A stretch of DNA of 64,000 bases from Stylophora pistillata (lineage: Eukaryota): positions 783,180-847,179 of the forward strand of contig NW_019217790.1 of assembly GCF_002571385.2 (NCBI RefSeq). The letters are read 5' to 3'. The position numbers were made by a program, and so were the translations under genes. Shown one piece after another: positions 1-13,710 of the stretch (within the stretch, counting starts at the first letter, position 1; the number at the start of each line of letters is the position of its first letter). The notes beneath the pieces are model-generated. The model was not told the origin of the DNA. It searched no databases and saw only the letters and a program-made list of their open reading frames with translations.

Positions 1-297
1 GGGTAACTTCGGAGACCCTCGGATAGCTTTCGGTTAATCCTCGGAGTATATATTCGGAGCTCGTACACTCTTCGGAAAAATCTTGAAAAAAGAAAAAAGA
101 AGAATTGAAAAACAAGCCTTCAAAAATTCAGGGCTCTCTGGGTAACTTCGGAAACCATCGAATAATCCGTGTTAATCATCGGAGTATATTCGGAGCTCGT
201 ATATTCTTCGGAAAATAATCGGAGTCGTTTTGAATTAAAAAAACAGACGTTGAAATATTCCGGCGGAATTCCGGATTCCGGCTTTTCCAGACTAGCA
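1..297. mobile_element. End of a probable non-autonomous DNA transposon with ~139-bp subterminal direct repeats (runs off the window start)
   Basis: gggtaacttcgga...ggagtatattcggagctcgta occurs at 1-80 and again at 140-220. The block ends in attccggattccggcttttccagactagc. Confidence 0.5.
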
Positions 298-315
298 TGC
301 ATGGATGAGTCCACG

Positions 316-3300
316 TCAGCTAGGAAGCTCTTCTATATGTAGAAACTCTCGTAACAGTCGATACATGTGAAAGTCGAGCTCGGCATTCAACAAAGTTTTT
401 TTAGTTTTACGGTTATCAGTAACAAATAAAAGCGGCACTGTCAGAAGTAGGGGGCTATCTACACCAGGTGGGTAAAATTCCAGTTCATTTTTAGCAACCA
501 GATTATACACAGTGGAGTAAACAAACAAATAGTCGAAGTTGGGAATCGAAATTATGCCCACCCATAGAAATGCGAGGTGGATTCACAACATTCTAACGAC
601 TCTTTTGGTCTTAAGAGCTAACGAAAACAGGGAGAAGAGGAAAATGACGATAATTGCTCGAGTATTTTTACTTGCATTGAGTTGATGAAGACAGTTGTTA
701 AATCAACTTTCGAAACTGCATGATAGAATTTGAAGGAACTAGATGAAATGTAAAGACTTGAATCACGACTTAAAAACGTTTCAATGACTTATTGTTTTAC
801 GCATCCTTAAATCTTTTTAGATAAATCTTGTGAAGTGAAATGTTTGTAGAAACTTTATTCGTCATGTCCAATACTATTAGTTTGTTAACATGATAAACAA
901 TAACACGCTCTAGACCACCCAATTGTTAAGTTTACCAACGTAGAAGAACGATGAATGAAGCGCCGATATTTCGAATTGTCTTGCTCTTTTGGTCCATACC
1001 TAACCCTTAGTGGTAAAACTAAACTATCATTCAAAAACTTTAATGCTGAAACTTTCTGGCGAGTGCTTTTCAATCCGGGAATTTAAATAATTCTGTTGCT
1101 TTGTTAACTATGTAAACACGTGCCATATGATAATTCGCTGCCAATCACTAACCGCATTGAGATGACAGACATCACAATGTTATGACATCACAAAGCTTTA
1201 AAAATAAGAAATCTGGAACCTATTTACAGAATTATTTACCTAAGCTATTAACAGTTAAAATTATTTATCAACGTCCTAGAGTTAAAAATCAACTATTACC
1301 GAGCGCACATTTTAGAACCTCTGCCGCCCTTATTTAGGAATTGTATAGTACACTTTGATAAAATAGAAAACGTCACTATAACAAGCATGCAAAATTACGC
1401 AGGGTTTGTTCATTAGGTCACGGACGTCTGTCAGAACAAATTTTGAACAGGGATATTCATAATTAGTAAGAGCACTTGTCAAACGTGTCTTCATGACACG
1501 TTTGACATACACGTACATGATGTAGGTGAGCAAAGGAAGTAGAGACTAACAAGCGAACTGGAGCCTGAAGGCACATTTTGTCAAACCACCATTTGATCTC
1601 TACTGTTGTACCACACAACTAAAATACGTTTTTGGTAAAACGTTATTGGAAGAAAGAAAATGAAACAAACCAAAGAATGAGAGGAAACTTATGTTAAAGT
1701 TGTTCCCAGAAAGTTGGCGCAGTTTTTCCTCTTCATGTTGAAAGATATCGAACATATACTCTTTTGAAATAGGAGAAGTCTTAATAATGGGTGATTGCTT
1801 CGAGTCGTAGTCCAGGGTAAAGGTGAGCTCTTTCTCACGTCCTTTCTTGCGTCGAGGAGTTGAATAAATTTCCTATAATTACTTATCAAGATAAGGTACT
1901 CTAACATTTTCCTTTCCGTTCTTTTAACTGAAGGTCTTCTTATGTACCCTGCGAGCAGAGCCTTTTTAACCCGTCCTCGAATCGAAAAGGGAAAAAGGCT
2001 CTGCCGAGATGCTGTTGTTGCTCGTTTGAACATGCGCGGCCGTTGCCTAGAAACTGATCCTTTTCCAGGCCCCCTTGAACTATTGTGGGCGTAGATTTGG
2101 TCATCCGTGTACATGAAAAACAAAGGCGTGCTCACCAAAACCAGTTTGACTGGAGGCAAAACCGGCTTGACTAGCCCAAAGTTTTGGGCTTTCGGCATTT
2201 CAAAGCAACAACAGGATGTCGGCAGAGCCTTTTCCCTTGGAGGGTTAAAAAGAAGAAAAGGCTCTGCTCGCAGGGTACTTCTTATTTTGGTCTAAGTCAT
2301 GAACTCAAAGTTCTAGTTTGTAAGTTACATCTTTGTATACAAATTAAACTGACTTTACACCCTAGGGCTCGACCCAGGCCATGCCAGCTGTGACGACCTC
2401 TCGGTTCAACACTATCGAGCTGCTAGGTACCGAAAATGGGGACAGTTCTGCAAGTTGTTTCTAGCTGTGGATGCTGTTACAGGCCAACCCGCCGAGATAG
2501 TTCCAGTGGAGACACCAGATACACAGAAAACAGTTGGCTACGAATCGTGATGTCAAAATTGCGGCGACAGACTGGGACACCTGCGACTCTATCACGGGAC
2601 AAAAGAACCGAAGAACAAGAGCTCGGATATGATCATTTTGCTTGGAAAAACTCATCCATATCATTGGAAAGTCAAGTATTTAAAAAGCAGAATGATGAAG
2701 ATTTTAAACGCATTTCTATTTAAAACATTGTTTCTGACGCATTCTGTCCTTTTTTGTGATTTCTAAGGATTGTTGTCAGAGGGACCAGTCATTGTGTATT
2801 ATCCTGGGGGGGGGAGGGTGGAGGGGTAGAGGGTAGAGGGGAGGAATTTTGGGTTTTTCAGGGCATCAGAGGGGGGATCAGCTATCGCCAACAGAGTACG
2901 TATAATGACCGATAAATAAGACCGCTCTCTTTGGGTTCTCCTTAGCGATTTATGAAAAGCGAAGTGAGCAATACTCTAAAAATTGAATTTTTGTTTTTTT
3001 TTTAATGTCAAAATTGATAATATTGATATTTACAATGAAGGTAGAGAGGATGCTCACCTCAACAGTGTTGCACCAGAGTTTGGTTTCATTACAGAACACC
3101 CTTAATTTTTACATACGTCACTTTAATTATAAATGATTGGCTAATTATGTATACTTATTTAATACGTTAATGCTACCGATAAATGACGTTAATGCCACAT
3201 ATAAATGTAATGACATTATCTTTATGGCTACATTGGGAACTCTGCGCCGATCGAATGGAAACTTTCACGCTGAGTAGAATTCAAATTCAAATTGATGTTT

Positions 3301-6300
3301 ATATTTCCGTTATTACAGCGCAGAAAACTCAACTTAAGCCACACAACCTTTTAGCTTAAAACGAAAAAGACGAATACGAAAGAAGTACCGACTTGAACTC
3401 CAAGTTTTTTTGTTCCGAACTCGAGTTGTGATTGGTTTGAGTCACTCTATAGTTTGCACTGCAAGTTATAGTTCGTATACATGCAATTTAACCTATAAAA
3501 TCTCTTTTCATACTACCCTTGTTTTGTGGACGTTTGCCTTTTTAAATAAAACGTGTTTATCGTACACAAAGACATCATCTGAGCCTGCTGTTAATCGAAT
3601 GCGTACCACTCGATTGGAACCATGTAGCCTGGCCTGCCATATTTCACCAAACGAACTTCGCACAAGACACGTAATCAGTTGGAAGTCATGTTTCTTCCAC
3701 TGAGATGAGTTACGGCAATGACGACTTCCTACGAAGCAATTGACACGTAACAATTCAAAAAACCCAGTTTGCAGCTTGCACCTTTGGCTCCCCCTCACTT
3801 GACACACACGGATGAAAACAATCTGGGTCTAGTAATTGAAATTGAGGCTTCCCTGTAAGAGTCCTGTACACTTATCGTCACCGATATAACTAGTAAAAAT
3901 AAGTCTTGTTGAATAGACTTTTGTTCCTGCAAGAAAACCTAAATAAAACAAGACGAACTTGAAAGGAAACTTTAAAGATAATTTTCATGATATTTGTTCA
4001 TTCACCCCAACCCTCCCACCCCCCCTCATTGTTTGTCATATTCGCCTGTTCTCATTTGTACTCTACCTTCCTGCGGTCACTATCAACAGCTCTCGTCCAC
4101 CATCCCAACCTATTTCCTTTCCGGTGTCGTTGAGTGTATTCGCCAGGTCTTCCATTATCTTTATAGACGAGCTTTCATTGACAAATCGTCTTTCACTCCG
4201 GTATTTCACTAGCTAGTCTTAACCAAGACAGTTCTTGTATGTGGAGAGGAGTAGAATCATTTTTTTCACACGAGGGGAGTGGTCCCTTGAGAAAAGGATA
4301 AGCTTACCTTTATCGCAGACCCGCAGTGGATACGAATGCCTCCCTTGTCTTGCCGTTTTTCTGCGCCTTTTATTCAGAATTATCATCAGACCCAGTATTA
4401 CGATGGCAGTCAGGAATATAATTATTGTTATTGTCACAAGATGAGCCCAGATCAACCATTTTAAATTCATAATGGCCTTTTTAATATCTAAGAAACAAAA
4501 ACAAACATCATTAGTCCTTTTCTGACGAGCACGTTGCACTTCACAAAGTAAATACTTGTCTCAGGGGCAGATCTGGCTGGAATCTGATGACAATTTAGTT
4601 TACCGCTAAAATGCCCCGAAGGACTGAGTCTGCCCAGAGACTGCCGTGGATTCATAATTTTCAATTTGAAATAGTACTTTTTTTTTTTTAAAAAAGAATA
4701 ATTGAGCGGCAAAGCCAGCTACTGATCTATCTCTAAACTTCGTTTATTTCTCCGAGCAAGATTGTCAGATAAGTGCAGACTGCAGCGACTTTAACTGAAC
4801 AGAACTTTAGGAGAAAATTATCTCAAAGCAGAATATTCCACGATCTCTCTATAGGAAGTGAGCAAAAAAAATTCCCTCAACAATGTGCATAAGATCTGCA
4901 CAGAATCCTGCGATTAAAAAATATGCTGTGTTAATTTTGGAGCGTACAGTTTAAATGTCTAATGTCTAATTTTAATTTTATGTCCATGAACGTTATTGTT
5001 TGAGCCGCAAGAGTACTGTGGTTCTAAGCAAGCCCTCTTCCTCATTTCAAAGGTTTTAATCTTACCAACGGAGAGTTTTTGTAATAGAGGTCGCATTTTT
5101 AATTCGATTTTCCGTTATTAACGTTTGCCAATAACCTCTAGTCTCCAGTCTCCACTAAATTTTTTTCAAACTTCCCAACCCGTGTCTTCTTCTGATCTGC
5201 CTAATGCGTGAGATTGTCGTTTTTTAATCTTCAACTATGATCAGGGGCTGGAGAAGCAAAATAAATATATCAAAGTTTTCCTAACCGTCCATCGTATGAA
5301 TTTTGTCCTTCTCTTCTTTTAAAAACATAATGACATTACGGTTGCAGTTGTCTTCAGTGCAGCAACAGTAGTAAAGGGGTTGTAATTTACGACGGTGCTT
5401 TCTTTGTCCATTACAGGCAGATGATTGAGTGCATTCTTTACCAATCTGATATGTACATCCCTTTTTCAAGACAGTTACTCCTCCCTCTTTGTTCTGAGCC
5501 AACAACGCATAACACGCGAGAGTCGAACCAGCCCAAGTCTCATCACACTGCTGGAGCGACGAACATGTTGAGTTTTCCGACGAAGCGGAGTGGAATGTTT
5601 TACATTTGTGATCGTATGACTCACATACCAATGTCCTGCTCTCAGCTACAAAACCTGAGAAAAAAAAACTTTCGAATGTTCAAAGCTTAGACTACGTAGC
5701 TGCTTTTGATGGTCAGCAGCCTTGTCGGGCAATCCCTGGTCACGCCCAGGCAACTCCTCGAGTATTTGAACTTTTGAAGATTTGTTCCGTTAAAATCCCC
5801 TCCCCCCTCCACGGGCAAAAATTACTTTCAAATGCCCCACTCAAGCCCATTTTTTTTATCGAGTGACTCGTTGTGTGATCAATGAATGAATAGTGCACTT
5901 TACATAACAAAGTCACGTATTAGTTTTTGGTGATGCTGTTGGGTTTTTCGCCTGTAACGTCCTTCTACATTATGAAAACTTTCTTTCGAGCCATTTGCTC
6001 TCGGAAGTGGACTCTTTACCTTTAATCTCCTCTGAAATTAAAATAAAAACACGCGATCCCCCCCTTCCCCCCACTGGTTTAAATTCCCCACTCCGGGGCA
6101 CGGACGACAGTCAAATGCCCGTGAGATACCGGGGGGGGGGAAATGTTGAAGCTTCGAATTGATCGCCGCATTAGAGGTTTTTTTCTATAACACATGTCAA
6201 GTAATGTTTAGTTGCCTTTTAAGTCGTCCTACTTTTGTTAGGTTTTGATGAGGTTACGGTTTACTACAGTTTGTTTGGTTGTTCTGCATTAGATGTTTTT

Positions 6301-6691
6301 GGGGTCATGCTTTACTCCCAACAATTTTTTTTCTCCCCATGATATTAAGTAAGGTGTTTGGTGTGGTCACGCTGAGTTACATGACTCATCCGTCACCATA
6401 TGTCAGCTGTTAGGTTGGGTCACACTCTTGAAGTTAGATGTTTCTGAGGTCACGCGAGGTTGGATTTTTTTTTCTTCCGTCACGCGATGTCGAATTTTTT
6501 TCTTCAGTCACGCGACGTTAAATGTATTTCTTTCAGTCGTGTCGTGTGTCTGTTGAGTTTCAAGTCCTAGAAAAGTTATGTTATTTAATTATTGACCCCA
6601 ACATGAAAAACATGTACATTTGAGCGCAGATCGTGATGTGATGATTCTACTTACAGAAAATACAGATCCACCACAACCAGCTAGGACTCAT
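316..6691 (-). CDS. Activin/BMP type II receptor-like protein with truncated, degenerate kinase (~317 aa; decoy receptor or decaying pseudogene)
   Basis: Phase-consistent GT-AG exons: 6655-6691 (MSPSWLWWICIF, signal peptide); 5286-5654 (three-finger ectodomain, KKGC...YYCCCTEDNCN); 4308-4487 (TM followed by NKRRRK); 3517-3728 (FQLITCLVRSSFGEIWQARLHG, like kinase subdomains I-II; could instead end at TGA 3508-3510); 1839-1872 (EIYSTPRRK); 316-437 (LLFV...DFHMYRLLREFLH, then TGA). Exons 1-4 are strong; the last two are less certain. Confidence 0.8.
1945..2277. mobile_element. MITE with TIR taccctgcgagcagagcctttt
   Basis: The TIR at 1945 has its reverse complement ending at 2277, with an extended imperfect inverted repeat (ggctctgccga..ctgttgttgc). 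Confidence 0.8.
2436..2723 (+). CDS. Hypothetical 95-aa protein with possible N-myristoylation/palmitoylation signal, antisense within a putative receptor-gene intron
   Basis: Good start context (aaaATGG). N-terminus MGTVLQVVSSCGCC. No recognisable domain. Confidence 0.3.
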   Translation: MGTVLQVVSSCGCCYRPTRRDSSSGDTRYTENSWLRIVMSKLRRQTGTPATLSRDKRTEEQELGYDHFAWKNSSISLESQVFKKQNDEDFKRISI

Positions 6692-9600
6692 TATGTTTCA
6701 CTGTGATGATAGAACTGCCAACTTCTAATGAAATGGAGATAGGACATTTATTAACAAAACTGTATTGCAGAGATAAAAGGAAAACAAAAAAATCTTATGG
6801 AGAAAAGTTGCGGGTCGCAATAGTCATGAATAAATAAAAACCTCTTCAAAGGGTAACGCGTCGTAAAGTCGACCGCGGGTCTGAAGAACAAATACGATCA
6901 CAGCCCCGACTCGTTAGCGGAGTACAATTGAGGTCAATTACAGCATTTAGAATCATCATCTAATTTTTCTATGTGTGTTTGAATCTAAACTAACGCTGAA
7001 TTTGGCCAGTTTACAAACTGGCTCTAATGATATTACAAAACGGGGCTCTAAGTCTCTCGAATATTTTAAGAATAGCAGGTCCCGTTCATAAGAGCTTCAG
7101 TGAAGAATTGAGAAATACGTGCTCTCAATTCAGGATAAACTCCAACATCAGCCTCAATGAGATTAAAATGAAAGCTTTGACAGAAAAACCATTTCGTGGT
7201 GAAATGGCAGTGACTTAATTTCGATTTCCTCGCTCTAAACTTGAATTTTTCTTTCATATTAATCAGTACGCCTGTCGGCTTAATGCGATTTAAAGAATTA
7301 TGTATGTGCAACAGACATGCAAAATTCAGATAATAAAATCATAAAATCAAGAACAATTTTTTCAACTTACTGGATAGAAATTGGTAGTCCGAAGCGCTAA
7401 TTTGTCGGACGCGACGTGAATAAAAGAATATATTTATTTAAGCGTCCGCTGCCTTTTTTTTTTATGTCTAGTCCAGTCTAATTGCAGAAAAAGTACTGTC
7501 AATCAACGTAAGTTGAAAGCCAATCAAAGGATAGAACAGTACTGAACTGGAACAATGGAACACTTCTTTCGAGTTTTAAGATTGCAAGGGAGATAACCTA
7601 AAATTAATATAATTTGCCATTGACTGAAATAAATGTTTAACATAACAAAAAAAAACTCCACTTACTAAGTTCAGTTTTTTTTTTTCCAACTAAAAATTTG
7701 CATAGTTTTCACTTAATCATATGACAGGATAAAAAAAAGAAAAAATTGATGCAAGAAAAAAGTGGGACTAGTCATCGAAGCGAAACCTAAAAAAACAGAG
7801 CAGAGTCGTGATTCAGAGTTCTTTAAAGATCTTCCAGACGAAAGGTGGTAACTTAAATTTGAGAGATGATAAAGTAAACACGGGAACAGGTAAACAAAGA
7901 ACTGTATAAGATTGCGCAGGTGGCTAGGAGAACACCAATTACCTAACTAGAAAAACACATGCAATCATTCGTTCACAAATTAATTTACGATGTGAGCTGT
8001 TTTTTCTTTTCTTTTTTTGCATTGTCAGGAAAGTCCTTTACTAAGGCATTCACGAAGATAATTAAGGTACGTTGGAATTCAAAAACTAGGTTTTCACAGT
8101 TATCATATCAGTGACTGCAGCTGAGTTACTTGATATTGAAATTAAAATACAAAATTAATTAATAAATGGTTACTTTGTGTGAGACAAATTTTTCTTTTGG
8201 TAAATTAAAATACTGGTTTCATTCAATTGATTTAAACACATTTCCATAATAGTACATTACAACCCCGACCGAGTAAAATTCTAAAATTTTTCAAGCACTT
8301 TCAGTTTAACGGTTAAGCTTTTATTTCACTTAACACTTGGCACGGGACTTTGCCACTATAAAGTTGTGTCAATACTTCTTTGTTTTGAGCCTTTGATGAG
8401 CCGAACACTTTGTAATTCCTCTTTCTTACTATAATTGTGTCGGAAGGTAACATTCTGAAAACATTAATCTGGCGTTGGACGCTTTCTCTTAGCTTAGAAT
8501 TTAGTATGTGCCAGGCGATGAAAAATAGCAGGAGCATCGGGAGAAAGAAAATTTAATCACCGCCCTGTGTCAATAGCGCACTATTTCGCTCGCATTGAGT
8601 CGACGTTTGTCGCGTGAGATCATAATAAAAAAGAAAAATCGAATTACACAGTTTTTAAGGCGGTGTTTCAGCGGTGTTAGTATTTCGGCCAATGTACTCA
8701 GTCACTCCCAATGGTTGCTTTGTTTCCGAACAGACAAGTGATTTAGACTCCGCACGGATTCTGACCTGACCGATTAATCTAACCCTGGTAATTTGGTAAC
8801 TTCTTGTATCCAGTACTTTTGCGATTTGATTGAAAAAGAGGTCTGGGTTTGACCACTGTCGAAACTTGAACAACACGACAATCTATTAGAGGTCCATGAA
8901 AATGTTTTAGGAAAGCACCGTCTTGATTCATTTCCACAAATATATTTGCGTCAAATGAATACTGAAAAATTATGTTTCTGCCTCCAAGTGCTAAAGCTTT
9001 GACGTGGTTTACCCATATGCTGTAATCCCTCTATCCGTAGAATAAGCCTAATATTTTTCCCTCAAAAACTACAGCGTGAATATACATAGCTCTACTTTTT
9101 CATTGACTCTAGAAACTATCCAAACGAAACATTTCTTTGGAGATTCAAAGTCTTCCAGATATTCTCGAACAGAATAGTGCTTACTATCTCTTGTCACTTT
9201 TAACCCACCCCTCCCTTCTCTAAAATTCTTTTACGCTTCCTTTGCGAAACCAAGGGGTACAATTGACAACCAAACTTTCAGTTGTGCCAGACTTACCAAG
9301 AATAAAATCATCCCTCCATTTTTTCCTTAGTTTCGGACTGGAAGTCGCAAATAATTATAAAGACAATGAAATTAATTCGTTCGTCCAGACCTCATTTTGT
9401 GAACACTTAAATCGACTCTAAAAAATCAATCGTCAATGACTTTTTTATTTACACCCGCAGCTCGTATCGTCTTGCAATGTATTATTAAAGATAGTTGAGC
9501 TTCCTTGAACAATCTTTTAAGTAGCACGTGAATATTCAGACATAGGTGAACTTTTTTACCTTATGAACAAGACGGAACTACCTTTTGAAAAAGTGACAAA

Positions 9601-10167
9601 TGATTGAATATACAGCATCCGAAGGAACTCTGAAATTAAAATACTTACTATGTACAGCTTTAAGATATGTCCTTGTTATTGTTGCTCAGTGGATCAATTT
9701 CACCATTGCAACTACTACTACAGCGACTAATAAAAAACCTTAATAAATCCAACAATTTCGAATGTCTGACATGTCTCTGTTTCTGGTGGCTGTCACTCAT
9801 CGAGAGTTGACCAATCACAACAGAGTTCTAGAGTAATAAAACTCTTTTCGGTGCTTTGATGTGTTTTTAAAATAAAAAAAATATTTTAATTAAAAGGTAT
9901 TTTTTTAGCTATTAGAAACTGCATGATACCCACGTAAATGATAATTTTTCTCTTTCATTTCTCTTGCGTGGCTTTAAAAGCCTATTGGTAACTTTTAAAC
10001 TCTTGGTTTCTTTTTGATTTTGTAAATGATGTCAACTGAGTCGTAACGATCAAAAATGCGTCTCCACAGCAGCATCTCTTCCGAGAAGAACATTCATAGA
10101 CATCAATGATCTCAACACTTCCTTTCGCTCATCCTCGAACCAGTCACGAAATTTAAAGCTACTCTCT

Positions 10168-10398
10168 TAGGGGCCGACCATTTAACTCTTGAAAGGGGGG
10201 GGGGGGCGATTTTGAAAAAAAAATTTTCTGCAAGCGCTTGTTGGAAGAAAAAAATTCCATGGAGCCCCAATATAACGGAAAAAAAAAGAGCATTTAGAAC
10301 GGAAAAAATATCCTGCCCATCAGATTGTTAGAAAAAAATTTCTTGATGACCAGAAATCACCCCCTCCCCCCTTCAAAAGTTGAATGGTCGGCCCCTTA
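10168..10398. mobile_element. MITE (TA-flanked, TIR ggggccgacca)
   Basis: taggggccgaccatttaactcttgaa...ttcaaaagttgaatggtcggcccctta. Confidence 0.8.
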
Positions 10399-13112
10399 TC
10401 GCGAGAAGTCAAAACAAGTCGAAATGGAACAGATGTATACATATCATTTAATTTTATGCATGCATAATGGTAACTAATGTATGTCTTACATCAAGCCTTT
10501 TCGCTCACCTGTACTTCTGCGTACTGCGTACAAGAAAAGAAGACTTTTCAGGTGGTGAAAAAGCAAAATCATAAAAAATCGTGGGATAAGATTGAAAACA
10601 GAAACGGCATGCTAAGCCGTATTTCTCTTTTCAAAAGTAGTTTCGTAATTGATTTTAGTTTGTTGTGTAGTTTTACCTCCAGGGGTTTGTAATTTCAATA
10701 AAAAGAATGTCTTTCAGGACTGAAAACATCGAACATTTTGTGAATCTAGTGATTTCCTGTGTAAGCGTGCAGTACTAGCAATTTTCAGACTCCCTGAGAT
10801 TGATATACCTTACCACAATTCTCACATGATTTTATCCTACAGAAGGAAATAAAGTGAACGAATTTTAATCTGTAAAGTATCATCGCCGTAATGCCTCCAG
10901 GTAATTTTTGGAAACTATTTCTTCCTTTTTTTGAGAGTTTCATCCAGGAATTGTGGCGAAATCGTCCCCGCAAGAGTGCAGAGGTATTCTGGAAAAAATA
11001 ACTTTCGTTATATCTAGATTTGGCCGAGTAACGAAGCAAGCAAAGAAAATAAATAAAAGTCCTTGTTCATTTCTTTTTCAGGTTAGCGTTCTCTCAGCCT
11101 GACCATGAAAGAGAAATTTTTTTTATCGAGAACTGAAAGCATAGTTACCGCAGGCCGCGGTGCATAATATACTGCGCGATCTTTCTTTGCAGAGAAAACA
11201 GTAAACATTTTTTATCATTTCTTATTCCCTAAACACATTCATTCAATTTCCAGTTTTGAGTTTTAAATCGTACATACCATGTTTACGAGTTGGCGGAAAG
11301 CGAAAGGCTCAGTGGCAGACATTCACCTGAAAGAATTAAAATTGCTAATTTCGCCTCAGGTGTTTGTCACCAATTTTAACCACTTAACTACTGACACAAA
11401 GGTCATTTATTTTCACGACCAACTTCTGAGCAATGTTTTTCCCCTTCCCCTCAAAAAAAAATATCTTTTGAATTACTTTGAGGAAATATGGAGAATATCG
11501 TTCATATGGCTTAACCCACTGCATTGCGCCTTCGTAAACTTAATGGCGCGCAGGTGTTTCGATTAAAAAGAAAGAAAGACTAGAATCGAGAATCGAACCT
11601 GGACGTCTCTTTTCTCGGAATCTCTCTTCTCTACAGATAGAATACCACACTGGTCTGACAGAATTTCAAAGAATTAAAATGCATATTTCAATTACCTGAC
11701 ACGTATACAGTAGTAGGTCTGACACGTATTTGGTAAGTAACCCCTTCCTGAAATGTTAACGAGGCGGTAGCTTTAGCCTAAATTCTACTCAGTCTGAGTC
11801 CACGATTATTATTTTTTTTTGCCCTATTTCATCGTAACCCAGAACACATTTTTCTTCTACCTTCATTATTAGCTGAGTTACTATCGTTGATGGCTACTGT
11901 TTGGCCTCGTTCTGAAGTACACCGTTGGTTTTTTTGCCAGGTTTTTATCGAACCATGTGCTCTCTTTGATTATAATTTTTGATATCAGACTATAATGGTT
12001 TCTGTCCAAAAAACATGCCATGTAACAGCACAAACGCCATATTTCACAACAATATCAAAGCTTTTTCTAACAGTTATGACTACCAAACAAACATTTTCTG
12101 AGCCGTCCTCAACACATTCAACTGAGGCAATGAGCACGCAGCGCCCCTCAAGTGTTGTTTTTAGAGAGCTTCCTTTGTTTCCATTTTCAGGCTCTTCTAT
12201 CGTCGTAATATCTTTTGACGGAAAAAAAGTCTCAACCTGCTTACAAAAGAACCGAACAAAGTAGAAAAATGCCCCAATTAAAGGACTTCAACGGGAAACC
12301 AGACACTATTTTCTTCCTTTTCGTGCAACTCCATTTTTTTTTTCATCCATTCATCTGAGCAACACTTAGCTCAACTTCAGTCACCAATCAATTTAAAACT
12401 GAAATATAAGCCGAGAATTCCACTGGTTTCTTTCCTTTCTCTTAAGCCTTACAGTGCAAACGTGCAAGACAAGAACACTGAGAACCACTTCGTTGCGGTG
12501 GTTTGTACTTTTAATATAAGTTAATTGGCAGTTTGGTTCACGCGGTAACCTGTAGCGACAAATCCTTTCACACAAAGTAGTCTAATTTCCCACCGACCAT
12601 CATTGTAAAAAAAAAAAAACAAAAAACAGAATACCCGAATTTTGAATTGAATGAATCCATGGTAAAAGAGCGTGAACGTTATACGTTATACGTTATACAT
12701 TGCCCTTATGGTTCAAGGTAACCTACACGAACAAATTCAGAAAGGTATTTTTCGTCTTGTCACGAGCGTGGGAAAGGTCTCCATGAGGAATCAAACCTCA
12801 GATCTTCGGATTCTGCACTCCGATGCTTTCTCAAAGTAGTTTTATCTTAGCTTTTAACTGGTGTTTTCCAGCGACCAACATGGTAAAAGACACAGGTAAA
12901 AGTGCGTAAACCATTGTGAACGTTCCACATATAAAAAGAAACGCGACAAATTAACGCTAGGTGGAACACGGGAGACAAATAACTATAGAAATAATGGAAA
13001 GCCTGACAAATCATCGAACTGAAATGAAACTGCCCTCGCATAATACACACGTTGCCGGCTAACAAGTGTTTGTGAGATTTACTAAGTGCAGTTTGTAAGC
13101 CTTTACCTGTTA

Positions 13113-13415
13113 GAGGGGGGCTTTGGGATTTTCGTTTTTGCGGTTTTGACTGTTTTTTGGATCGGTTTTTCGGTTTTTGGGCCAAAAAGGTTCGGCTTTT
13201 CGGTTTTGATGTTCAGAGCAGTTTGCGGATTTTAAGTGTTTTTGCATTCGGTTTTCAGTTTTTACGAAAACTCTGATGCGGTTTTCGGTTTCTCATTTTT
13301 GACCCCTTTAAAGGTGAAAATGTAGCGGTTTTCGGTTTTGCTGCCTGTTTTCGTCGGTTTTGGAGGTTTTTTTTTTCCGGTTTTTCGGTTTTCCAGAGGC
13401 CCCAATGCCCCCCTC
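13113..13415. mobile_element. MITE with internal cggtttt repeats
   Basis: TIR gagggggg(c)tttggg / cccaatgccccccctc, with ctgtt on both flanks. Confidence 0.7.
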
Positions 13416-13568
13416 CTGTTCTACACCTTTCAAATTTGCAAAAAGATTCCTTCCAAAAATAGAGATTATTAAGTCTACATCTTCTTTACTTTAAATGTCC
13501 TGAAACATCGGCCATTTTGTGCAACCTGATTGCAACGTTTGAAATTTCCTTTGCTGCAGCATAAAAGA

Positions 13569-13710
13569 AATTTGGTTTTATCAACTGAGTTTATAATGCA
13601 AGTTGGCCACCGCGTGTAAAGACGGAGTTTCAAACCTGACGTTTCGAGCGTTAGCTCTTCGTCAGAGCGAAGTGCAGCACCGCATTTTCTTTAGAAACTT
13701 AAAATGTTTA
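13569..13710 (-). mobile_element. Short Penelope-derived element fragment with minimal hammerhead ribozyme
   Basis: The minus strand reads ctCTGACGAagagctaacgctcGAAAcgtc. Same family as 42624-42877 and 58806-58962. Confidence 0.75.

Noticed and set aside
1689-2393. ORFs of 169, 62 and 69 aa
   Set aside because: They run through the MITE at 1945-2277 and have no protein-like motifs.
3058-3100. Possible extra receptor exon (VFCNETKLWCNTVE) with a good GTGAG donor
   Set aside because: Weak acceptor and no phase-compatible upstream donor. The gene model closes without it.
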